Shown piece after piece: positions 53,001 to 64,000 of a DNA stretch of 64,000 nucleotides (the first letter of the stretch is position 1; every line of letters begins with the position of its first letter). The notes below the pieces were generated by a model. That model ran no database searches, had not been told where the DNA came from, and saw only the letters and a list, made by a program, of their open reading frames with translations. This stretch comes from Octopus vulgaris (taxonomy: Eukaryota): the NCBI GenBank assembly GCA_951406725.2, contig OX597824.1, positions 33,666,001 to 33,730,000 on the forward strand, in the 5' to 3' direction. Made by a program: the position numbers and the translations under genes.

Positions 53001-56000
53001 GTTGCTGGCTAGAATATTTTCATCATAAATCTATTCATTCTGAACTGATCTGAGACAAACAACAAACACAACAACAATTAGAGATGGCAACAATGATTTA
53101 CAGTAAAACTAGAAAATAAACTATGTGGTAGAATGGGGTGAACTGGTAGAATCGTTAGCACAATGGGCAAAACACTTAGTGGCATTTCGTCTGCCGCTAT
53201 GTTCTGAGTTCAAATTCCGCCGAGGTCGACTTTGCCTTTCATCCTTTCGGGGTCGACTAAATAAGTACCAGTTATGCACTGGGGTCGATATAATCGACTT
53301 AACCTCTTTGCCTGTCCTTGTTTGTCCTCTCTATGTTTAGCCTCTTGTGGGTAGTAAAGAAATAGGTATTTCGTCTGCCGCTACGTTCTGAGTTCAAATT
53401 CCGCCGAGATCAACTTTGCCTTTCATCCTTTCAGGGTCGACTAAATAAGTACCAGTTATGCACTGGGGTCAATATAATAGACTTAACCTCTTTGTCTGTC
53501 CTTGTTTGTCCTCTCCATGTTTAGCCCCTTGTGGGCAATAAAGAAATAAGAATGAGGTGACTACATGTTTGAATATATAAACTGAATAATACAAGTTTTG
53601 CACAACCACTGGTGAAAACTACACAAACACCTAGTTTGAAGTTCAACTAAATAAAAGGGAAAATAAGAAAACTTCTAAGAATGCAGAAACTTTTACAAAA
53701 ACCTTTATATTTCAGGCACAAAGGCCCGTCCTCAAAGGAAACAGTCTTGAATCAGTGCAACTGGACTTTTCCAAGACTGCGTCCTACTTAGAAGCTTTCT
53801 TATTTTCCCTTTTATTTTCCTTCTTCGGAACTAATATGCATTAAGTGAACTACAACGCTCTTATCAACGAAATATTTTGAACATGTGCTGCATTCAGTTT
53901 ATAGAAACTGAGATTTGAAACTACTTAAGAAATTCAAACAGCTGCTCATCACCAAAAACATCAAAAATCTGATAAAGTTTATGACATTCAGAATTAGCCA
54001 TGTTAGAGTAACTTTCAACACAAATCATACATCATCATCATTTAACATCCGCTTTCCATGCTAGCATGGGTTGGACGATTTGACTGAGGTCTGGCGAACC
54101 AGACTCCAATCTGATCTGGCAGATTTTCTACAGCTGGATGCCCTTCCTAACGCCAACCACTCCAAGAGTGTAGTTGGTGCTTTTACGTGCCACCAGCACG
54201 AGGGCCAGTTTGGTGGTACTGGCAACGGCCACGCCCAAATGGTGCTTTTTACGTGCCACCTGCACAGGAGCCAGTCCAGCGGCACTGGCATAAACCTCGC
54301 TCGAATATTTCACATGCCACCAGCACAAATGCTGGTAAGGTGACGCGGTAACAATCACACTTGAATGGTGTGCTTAACGTGCCATCGGCACGGAGGCCAG
54401 CTTGTTGCTCTGGCAACGATCTCACTCATGTGGTACTCTTAGCGCTCCACTAGCAACGGATGCCAGTCACCGAATTTGATTTCGATTTCGATACATAATG
54501 TGCAAAATTTAAACAAAAAGAAAAAAAAAATGTTAAAACAATAGGCACAGGCATAGTTGTGTGGTTAAAGAATTCATTTTGTAACTACAAGGTTCTAGGT
54601 TCCATTCCACTGTATGGCACTCATGAAAAAGGTGTTTTCTACTGTAGCCTGACATTGAACAATGCTTTGAGAGTGAAAATTCAGGAAATGGAAACTGTGT
54701 AGAAGCCTAACATATGTATTTATTTCATTTTTATTTGTTCAGTCATTGAACTGCAGCTATGCCAGGGCAATGTCTTCAAAGAATTTAGGCAATCAATTTT
54801 ACATCCCACTTATTTCAGTTTGGGTCTTCTTTTATTGATCAGGGGGTTATATATATTTATATAATGTTGATAATGGTATTTCCAAGAATTCTTCTGGAAT
54901 AATATATATATATATATAAGTCCAACCCATGCCACCACGGAAAAAGGTGATGATGATGATGACAGTATGTATGTATAGATGTAGGTCTTATCTTTTACAT
55001 TCCCATCACTTAGCAGTTCAGCAAAAGAGACTAATAAAATAAGTACTAGGCTTACAAACAATAAGTTCTGGGGTTGATTTGTTTGACTAAAGGTTGATTT
55101 GTTTGACTATAGATAGACAGACAAGCTACATCCTCAATTTCTCTTGTATCATACTATATATTTTATATTTTGTAGAAACATTAAGGAGCTTTTTTTATGA
55201 GTATTACCAGATTACTTGAATCCATATATTGCAACTAAAATATATATTATTTAAACAGTTTGATTAGGATCTGTGTAACAAAGTTTCAAGGGCCTCTAAC
55301 AAACCCATCTCTTTCTTTACCGAATGATTTGGTAATCTAAGCATGAAAAAAATGGGCTTCTGTTAGAAGCCCATAAAACTAAGTCTCACAGAGCCAAATT
55401 AAACAGTATTAAATAATACATGTAACCCCTACTGAATGTGTTGAGTGTCTTTTCTTTCGTTTGTCCACTCACTCATGTATATTCATGTGTATACACACAC
55501 ACACACTTGATATAAATATTTAACAAAATGATAGAAAGAACATAACATAGGAGGTTCGCTCAATCAATGTAAATTGGCCAGATGGAAACTGTGCTGAAGC
55601 ACTGTCCAATAGCCAGTGCCTGTTCTCAATCTGTCACTGGTTTAATACTACTATCTGATCTGAGTCCCTTCTGTTAAATGCATGTAAACCAGTTTATGAA
55701 TAATTTTGGTTTCTTCCTTCACTACCACTATTCTACTCAGTCTTAGAAACTTTGCACAAGAACGGGGATGTTGTCCGTGTCCTTTTGACAAAGTCATACA
55801 AAAAATAAATATAAATGCCTCATTGCAAGAATTTCATTGAATAACTAAGTGAAGGTGTGTAGCTTAGTGGTTAGGGCATTTGGTTCATGATCATAAGGTT
55901 GTGAGTTCAATTCCTGATGACACAATATGTCCTTGAGCAACACACTTTAATTCACATTGCCCCAGTCCACTCAACTGGCAAATAGGAGTTGGGGGACAAA

Positions 56001-56195
56001 CACAGACACACACACATATATATATACATATATACGACAGGCTTCTTTCAGTTTCCGTCTACCAAATCCACTCACAAGGCATTGGTCGGCCTGGGGCTAT
56101 AGCAGAAGACACTTGCCCAAGATGCCACGCAGTGGGACTGAACCCAGAACCATGTGGTTGGTTAGCAAGCTACTTATCACACAGCCACTCCTGCG

Positions 56196-56235
<40 letters not shown>

Positions 56236-56331
56236 TAATCCAAACAAGAAAGCACAAAAAAACACAACAATGCGAGGACAAGGAACAAATATAGTATTAT
56301 TGGACGCTCAGGAAAGAAGGAAAGAAGGAGG

Positions 56332-56366
56332 GTTTAACGTTTCGACCGGAGCTCTTCGTCGGAAAC
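56332..56366 (-). ncRNA. Minimal hammerhead-like motif (U4C variant) in a short Penelope-type terminal repeat (about 56232-56432)
   Basis: Minus strand reads GTTT-CCGACGA-a-GAGCtccGGTC-GAAA-CG-TT-AAAC; palindromic ACGT in place of stem III. Confidence 0.55.
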
Positions 56367-56732
56367 ATATGAGAAGGAAAGATCCAGAGAAGGGAAGACA
56401 GGAAAAAAAATCGCCAACGATACACATGCGGTCCCGTCTACCAAATCCACTCACAAGGTTTTGGTTGGCTTGAGGCTATTGTAGAAGACACCTGCCCAAG
56501 TGCTGCACAGTGGGACTGAACTTGAAACCATGTGGTTGGGAAGCAAGCTTCTAATCACACAGCCACAACTGCACCTATATCACCTAGTTTCTTAAAAGGC
56601 TAACTTTGATGTAAATTATCTTTTTTAGTCTCAGCACTTTTACTATGGTGAAAAAGTGTTGCTATATTATGAGACTTGATAAAGGATATGAGCTGAGATG
56701 TTCCGTAATATATATATGTGTGTGTGTGTGTG

Positions 56733-56771
<39 letters not shown>

Positions 56772-56860
56772 ATATGAGGGAATGTTATTCCAAACTTACA
56801 GGGAAAAATTCAATTTAGAAATACTAAATCAAATTTCACAAAATATAATATATATATATA

Positions 56861-58079
56861 TTAGAAAAAAACACCTTTTATTAATTCAATAATGAAAAAT
56901 TAAATTATACCATTTAGAAAAATTACATCTTATAGAAAGATTAACTACATGATCAAACATATAACAATGATTATGTCATGTGCAAAATAATAAATAAAAT
57001 GTATATATTTGGTAGAATAACGACACATGTTTCATGGCTATATTTAAGAAATGATAATCGTAATAATAATAATAAAATTACTTCAATATAAATATAGTCA
57101 TACTTCAGGTTAAAAATAAAAACAATAAAGATAATTAATTAGATAAATTAATAAATATACGTAAATAATCTTGTAAAATACAAAATATCTTAACAAATAT
57201 ATTCTTGTTTAAATAAAAAAAATAAAAAATACGATACAATTAATTAATTAAAATAATTAAAACAAATAAATAAATGTATATATATATATAAAATACAAAA
57301 TATACATTAAGTGAAATATTATAATTTAATCTATATACATTAAATTAAATTATTAATTAATTTATTTAATAAACATCTAAATAAAAACTTATACTCATTA
57401 AGTAATTTATATTAAAAACCTTAATGTTAAGTAATATACATAATGTCAGTACAAGCTATAAATATTAGAATTAAAAATAGGAAATGGTTCAAATATATAC
57501 ACACAAATATATATTATTAATATATATGTGTTTATAGATTTAATATTTTACTCAGTTATATAGTTGACCAAAATATCAATTAATATTAAACTAATTTACT
57601 TAAATGTAATACTACGTAATAAATAGACCACCTAACTATTAAATAATATACTGTCTTACAAAACTATTTCTCAAATTAAATTATATGTAATACGTTAAAT
57701 CACATTGTAAAAATAATAAAAGACATGTTAAATAGATATACATATCATAACTAATAATTATCAATAAATCATATATGAATATTTTAACAACAATAATAAT
57801 AATAATAAAACTACTTAATACAATTCAAAAGTTAAATAATATTGTTAAATATAAAATGTTACTTAGCTTGTCAATGAACATAATATGACTGAATTTTAAA
57901 CGTAAAAAAGTAGGTTTTAGCATTTATAAGAGATTAAACTCGTGAAGTTTATATTGAAGTGATTTTACTACTGTTATATGTTTAATCTTATGTTTAATCT
58001 TTCTATAAGATGTAATTTTTCTAAATGGTATAATTTAATTTTTCATTATTGAATTGATAAAAGGTGTTTTTTTTTTCTA

Positions 58080-58080
<1 letters not shown>
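56861..58080. mobile_element. Extremely AT-rich element with about 105-bp inverted termini and an internal hammerhead relic
   Basis: 56861-56966 is the reverse complement of 57973-58080; flanked by (TA)n; hammerhead-like motif at 57018-57112(-). Confidence 0.65.
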
Positions 58081-58114
<34 letters not shown>

Positions 58115-58384
58115 TTAAAAAATAGGATAAAAATCTTCATAAGAATTTATCAAGTAGTCAGCATGAAAAACCTCATAAGAGAAAAAAATCCACCAATTTT
58201 TTCACTTAAATATCATCATCATCATCATCATCATTTAGCGTCCGTTTTCCATGCTAGCATGGGTTGGACGGTTCAACTGGGGTCTGGGGAGCCCGAAGGC
58301 TGCACCAGGCCAGTCAGATCTGGCAGTGTTTCTACAGCTGGATGCCCTTCCTAACGCCAACCACTCCGAGAGTGTAGTGGGTGA

Positions 58385-60560
58385 TTTTATGTGCCACCGA
58401 CACAGGTGCCAGACGAGGCTGGCAGACGGCCACGCTCGGATGGTGTTTTTATGTGCCACCGACACAGGTGCCAGATGAGGCTGGCGGACGGCCACGATCG
58501 GATGGTGTTTGTTACGTCCCCAAAGCACGGAGGCCAGTCTATGCGGTACTGGCTACGGCCACGTTCGGATGATTTTCTTGTGTGCCACCGGCACTGGTCC
58601 ACAAAGATACAAATTCCATTGATGTTCATCTATTTTGATTTGTTTTGATTTGATTTGATTTTGATTTTCACTTGCCTCAACAGGTCTTCACAAGTGTCAC
58701 AAGAAGGAAGGTATGCACAGGTGGACTGACTACGTCCCAGGTAGGGGCCACGGGTTATGGCCTGACTAGTCTTGCCGGGTCTTCGGATGGTGTTTTTATG
58801 TGCCACCGACACAGGTGCCAGATGAGGCTGGCGAACGGCCACGATCGGATGGTGTTTGTTGCGTGCCCACAGCACGGAGGCCAGTCGATGCGGTACTGGC
58901 TACGGCCACGTTCGGATGGTTTTCTTGTGTGCCACTGGCACTGGTACCACAAGATACAAATTCCATTGATGTTCATCTATTTTGATTTGATTTGATTTGA
59001 TTTTCACTTGCCTCAACAGGTCTTCACAAGTGTCACAAGAAGGAAGGAAGGTATGCACAGGTGGACTGACTACGTCCCAAGTAGGGGCCATGGGTTATGG
59101 CCTGACTAGTCTTGCCGGGTCTTCGGTTGGTGTTTTTATGTGCCACCGACACAGGTGCCAGATGAGGCTGGCGGACGGCCACGATCGGATGGTGTTTGTT
59201 ATGTGCCCACATCACAGAGGCCAGTCGATGCGGTACTGGCTACGGCCACGTTCGGATGGTTTTCTTGTGTGCCACCGGTACTGGTACCACAAAGATACAA
59301 ATTCCATTGATGTTCATCTATTTTGATTTGGTTTGATTTGATTTGATTTGATTTTGATTTTCACTTGCCTCAACAGGTCTTCACAAGTGTCATAAGTAGG
59401 AAGGTATGCACAGGTGGACTGACTACGTCGCCGGGTCTTCGGATGGTGTTTTTATGTGCCACCGACACAGGTGCCAGATGAGGCTGGCGAACGGCCACGA
59501 TCGGATGGTTTTCTTGTGTGCCACCGGTACTGGAACCACAAAGATACAAATTCCATTGATGTTCATCTATTTTGATTTGGTTTGATTTTCACTTGCCTCA
59601 ACAGGTCTTCACAAGTTTGGTTTGATTTTCACTTGCCTCAACAGGTCTTCACAAGTGTCACACACTTGCCTCAACACGTCTCCACAAGTGTCACACACTT
59701 GCCTCTGCCTCAACAGGTCTTCACAAAGTGTCACACACTTGCCTCTGCCTCAACAGGTCTTCACAAGTGTCACACACTTGCCTCAACAGGTCTTCACAAG
59801 TGTCATAAGAGGGAAGGTATGCACAGGTGGACTGACTACGTCGCCGGGTCTTCGGATGGTGTTTTTATGTGCCACCGACACAGGTGCCAGATGAGGCTGA
59901 TCAGATGGTGTTTGTTGTGCCCACAGCACGGAGGCCAGTCGATGCGGTACTGGCTACGGCCACGTTCGGATGGTTTTCTTGTGTGCCACCGGTACTGGAA
60001 CCACAAAGATACAAATTCCATTGATGTTCATCTATTTTGATTTGGTTTGATTTGATTTTTGATTTTCACTTGCCTCAACAGGTCTTCACAAGGGTCACAC
60101 ACTTGCCTCAACAGGTCTCCACAAGTGTCACACACTTGCCTCTGCCTCAACAGGTCTTCACAAGTGTCATAAGAGGGAAGGTATGCACAGGTGGACTGAC
60201 TACGTCGCCGGGTCTTCGGATGGTGTCTTTATGTGCCACCGACACAGGTGCCAGATGAGGCTGGCGAACGGCCACGATCGGATGGTGTTTGTTGTGCCCA
60301 CAGCACGGAGGCCAGTCGATGCGGTACTGGCTACAGCCACGTTCGGATGGTTTTCTTGTGTGCCACCGGCACTGGTACCACAAAGAATACAATTCCACTG
60401 ATGTTCATCTATTTTGATTTGTTTTGATTTGATTTGATTTTCACTTGCCTCAACAGGTCTTCATAAGTGTCACAAGAAGGAAGGTATGCACAGGAGGACT
60501 GACTACGTCCCAGGTAGGGGCCACGGGTTATGGCCTGACTAGTCTTGCCGGGTCTTCTCA
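58385..60560 (-). repeat. Complex tandem array of RTE 3' end (about 220-390-bp units built from about 62-bp modules)
   Basis: Recurrent CACTTGCCTCAACAGGTCTTCACAAGTGTCA, GGAAGGTATGCACAGGTGGACTGACTACGTC and ATGTGCCACCGACACAGGTGCCAG blocks. Confidence 0.92.
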
Positions 60561-61576
60561 CGCACAGCATACTTCCATAGGTCTCGGTCTCTAGACATTT
60601 CCTTAGTGAGACCTAAAGTTCGAAGGTCGTGCTTCACCACCTCGTCCCAGGTTTTCCTGGGTCTACCTCTTCCACAGGTTCCCTCAACTGCTAGGGTGTA
60701 GCACTTTTGCACACAACTATCTTCAGCCTTTCTCGTCACATGACCATACCAGCGCAGCCGTCTCTCTTGCACACCACAACTGACGCTTCTTAGGTACAAC
60801 TTTTCTCTCAAGGAACTTACACTCTGACGATTATGAACACTGACATTACACATCCATCGGAGCATACTGGCTTCATTTCTTGCGAGCTTACGCATATCCT
60901 CAGCAGTCACGGCCCATGTTTCACTACCATGTAGCATGGCTGTACGTACACATGCATCATACAGTCTGCCTTTTACTCTGAGCGAGAGGCCTTTTGTCAC
61001 CAGCAGGGGTAAGAGCTCTCTAAACTTTGCCCAGGCTATTCTTACTCTAGCAGTTACACTTTCAGCACACCCACCCCCGCTACTGACTTGGTCTCCTAGG
61101 TAGCGGAAGCTATCAACTACTTCTAGTTTGTCTCCCTGGAACGTGGCAGAAGTTGGTCTCTGCACATTTCCAGTGTTTATTGCTCCTGAGCATTTGCCAC
61201 AGACAAAAACTATTTTCCTAGTTAGCCTTCCTTTGACATTGCTGCACCTCTTATGTGTCCATAGCTTACACTTGGTGCATCTTATAGAGTTTCTACCTAC
61301 ACCTTTTTTACAGATCGAGCAGGGCCATCTACCTGAAGGCGTTTGTGATTGATCTACCTTCCTACTTATTAGGACTTTGGTTTTGGCTAGGTTGATTCTA
61401 AGGCCCTTCGATTCTAATCCTTGTTTCCACACCTGAAACTTCTCCAGTTCTGATAGTGACTCAGCAATTAGAGCAAGGTCGTCAGCATAGAGGAGCTCCC
61501 AGGGGCAACCTGTCTTGAATTCCTCCGTTATTGCCTGGAGGACTATGATAAATAGGAGGGGACTGAGGACTGAACC
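60539..61576 (-). CDS. RTE ORF C-terminal part (RT motifs, PHD-like insert, thumb); open but 5'-truncated
   Basis: ORF track 60539-61432 extends upstream in frame through YADD (about 61479-61490) to the truncation point. Confidence 0.85.
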   Translation of the reverse strand, partial: GSVLSPLLFIIVLQAITEEFKTGCPWELLYADDLALIAESLSELEKFQVWKQGLESKGLRINLAKTKVLISRKVDQSQTPSGRWPCSICKKGVGRNSIRCTKCKLWTHKRCSNVKGRLTRKIVFVCGKCSGAINTGNVQRPTSATFQGDKLEVVDSFRYLGDQVSSGGGCAESVTARVRIAWAKFRELLPLLVTKGLSLRVKGRLYDACVRTAMLHGSETWAVTAEDMRKLARNEASMLRWMCNVSVHNRQSVSSLREKLYLRSVSCGVQERRLRWYGHVTRKAEDSCVQKCYTLAVEGTCGRGRPRKTWDEVVKHDLRTLGLTKEMSRDRDLWKYAVREKTRQD

Positions 61577-64000
61577 TATTTATTTATATGTATATATATA
61601 TTGAAGTTCTTTTAATATATATATTAAAAGAACTTCAATTGAGCACTGCAGGCTAATGGAACATAACTGCTCCTACTTATTGATATCAATAAAATTAAGT
61701 TGTTAAATGGAGAAAGAAAGCATTATTATATAATCAGGACATACGATACTATTAGGTCTGATATCTACTTGAATTCTGACTGCATCAATGCTCGAATAAT
61801 AAATATATAGTATAATATAACTTCTCTCATAAGTTTCAATAGTAGTCTAAAAATTGCCAAGTAGAGTAACTTTCATAAAGATGTGACCTACTTTAGTTTT
61901 CATTGAAAGTTATAAAATGCCTTGTCAAATCAGAAAAACTCATCCTGGCTATTCAGTAAATATCAAAATAAATTTAAACAGAAAGGTTCCTAAGAAGTAC
62001 AAACCATCTTTTTTTTTTGTTTTTTTTTTTAACAACAATAAATCATATAAAAATAGGAATTTGGTAAGAGTGACAGAGCCTATAAAACAATACTTTAACA
62101 AATGTGTCAAGTAGACAAAATTATATATAAGCTTATATATTAAAGAGAAGTTCTACTTCAGAAATTAATATTAATTTCAGCTCTTTTTATAGCAAGTAAT
62201 ATCGGGGAAGGAGGCAGGGGAGGGAATTGTTTTTGTTTTTTAAATAATAATTGTGATCTTATGCAAACATGTACACACCTATGAAATGACTCTTGTAGAA
62301 AAACAAAAAAAAAATTAAATACAAACTAAATAGTACAACAAACTTACAAATAAAACTGTATTGAGAAAAATTATGAGTAAATATATAGCTTGGTAAATTT
62401 CTGAAACAAAATAAAACAAAATAAAAGTGGCATTTACAGACTTCCACAATATATTCTACTAAATGTCATGGAAATTATTCAATATTATGTAAATACACCT
62501 TATGGTAAATAATGCTTTAACATTTAGAAAATGTTAATATAAAGAAAACTTTGATGAAACATGTTTAATTGTTACCTTTTACACATAATTTAAACATTTA
62601 TAGGAACTAAAATATCATTCTTAGAATCAATTATTTTCTCTCCTAATTTTTTTACATACTCATATGCAATATTTTAATTACTCAAAAATGTCATCTTCAT
62701 GAAGATCAATAATTCAGTAGGGATGAACATATTTAAGGTAGAGCAACAAAAATCTAATTTTAAAAAATGTAGATAATAAAAGAAAATATCACTTTAGGTA
62801 TTTGGTAAATAGAGGAGACAATGCCAAATGTTTTCATTTTATTAGACCTCCCCAGCAAAGCCTAGCTTTCACCTTACTTGCTGAAGTAATAAGACATCTC
62901 ATTTGTTAATTTATAGTGAACTTTTCCATAACTAAAAGACAAGAATAGTCTTTACCCATAAAAATACCCTACATTAAATCCTAGGTTATACTTTCCTCAA
63001 CATTTACATTTATTATCTTATACTTTACCACATTTTCAACAGGACATCAACTCCTCTAAGTATTCGCTACTTTCAAATAAATGCCAAACATCAAATGATA
63101 GTTTTACCATTCAACAATCTATTGCAATATTGCAAACATTCAATATTTCTGAAAACTATATTCTCTAGGTTGAAATATCAACTACACGAACATGGAAATT
63201 TCTTAACCTTTATTAGACTGAAGTTCTTGTTCATGTTATTGTCATTTCCAAAACTGATTGCTGAAATTCCAACCCAATTTTTAAAAAGAAAACAATGGAA
63301 AGTAAATAACAATACAATTTTGTTTGTATTATTGTTAGAATTCTCTTCCAAAGAAGTATGTGTGCAAGATTAATTACTATTATATGACTATATCTACCTT
63401 TAACAATATGGTTCTAAGCTCCAAAAGTATCTTTCATCATCATCATCATTTAATATTAATTTTCAATCCTGGCATGGGTAGGACAGTTTGGCAGGATGAG
63501 TGATCTGTAAGGCTGCACCAAGCTCCAATGTCAGCTTTGGTGTATGGCTTCTATAGCTGGATGTCCTTCTTAATACCAACAACCATAAGGTGTGTACTGG
63601 ATGCTTCTTTTTTTCATGTCATCAGCACCAGTAAGATCACTAAGTAAATTGCAAGACAAGGAAAGAACATGAAAAAGGAAAAAGAAAGGAGTGCATGTTT
63701 ATTTCTCACTTCATTGAGCTCCCCTTTGAGAAACCTTTACAATCGAAAACTGTCTAAAAATGATCAATGGAAAAGATATTTTAGATATTAAGGGCCGAAA
63801 ATTACTGTTTAGAAATCTTGGATTATTTTAAACTTTGAAAAGGAAACTAAAACCGTCTCTTTTCACCAATGCAAAATATTATCTCTAGGCTTTAACCAAC
63901 TTCAGTAATACCCCAAATCACTATCTATCTAATACTATCTAAATACTATACATATTTAGCAGTAGCAGCAGCATCACCATTGTTTGTGACATCTGTAGAG

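Larger units (their letters stand above)
58213..61576 (-). mobile_element. 5'-truncated RTE-clade LINE with tandemly amplified 3' end
   Basis: GSVLSPLLF...LLYADDL...KTK...FRYLG...LRWYGHV...RGRPRKTW through the stop at 60539; 3' UTR repeated about 7 times; (GAT)n tail at 58213. Confidence 0.92.

Noticed and set aside
57120-57960. Mitochondrial insertion (NUMT) or foreign AT-rich DNA
   Set aside because: No recognisable mitochondrial gene or tRNA; it is bounded by inverted termini typical of a nuclear repeat.
58460-58500. CAGATGAGGC..GAAC-like motif as a hammerhead in the RTE modules
   Set aside because: The core is CAGAUGA with no GAAA, stem III or stem I, and it lies antisense to the LINE transcript.
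58385-60560. CRISPR-like array
   Set aside because: Intervening sequences are themselves repeated rather than unique spacers; the array derives from a LINE 3' UTR; there are no cas genes and the context is eukaryotic.

Overview
AT-rich, repeat-dense eukaryotic DNA. The SINE families, (TA)n/(AAT)n/(GATA)n microsatellites and LINE content suggest a coleoid cephalopod, probably Octopus (inferred from repeat style, not verified). One host gene is supported: a minus-strand, spliced type II membrane protein of about 382 aa with glycosyltransferase-like motifs (coding exons 49934-49729 and 46134-45192, joined in frame). The rest is mostly mobile DNA: three tRNA-derived SINE families, decayed RLE-type (R4/Dong-like) LINEs, a 5'-truncated RTE LINE, Tc1 and mariner relics with TIRs, a FLYWCH-MULE relic split by a TGT..ACA element, several MITEs, Penelope-like relics and two 5S rRNA-derived pieces. 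The most interesting signal is a 355-bp-period, highly structured element at 48347-48806 carrying a minimal type I hammerhead ribozyme with a compensatory U3:A8 core pair, a candidate non-LTR retrozyme inside the gene's intron. Five more hammerhead-like motifs of varying quality, a PHD-type finger embedded in the RTE reverse transcriptase, and a modular hairpin array in the RTE 3' UTR also merit follow-up. Most short ORFs in the track are repeat or microsatellite artefacts.
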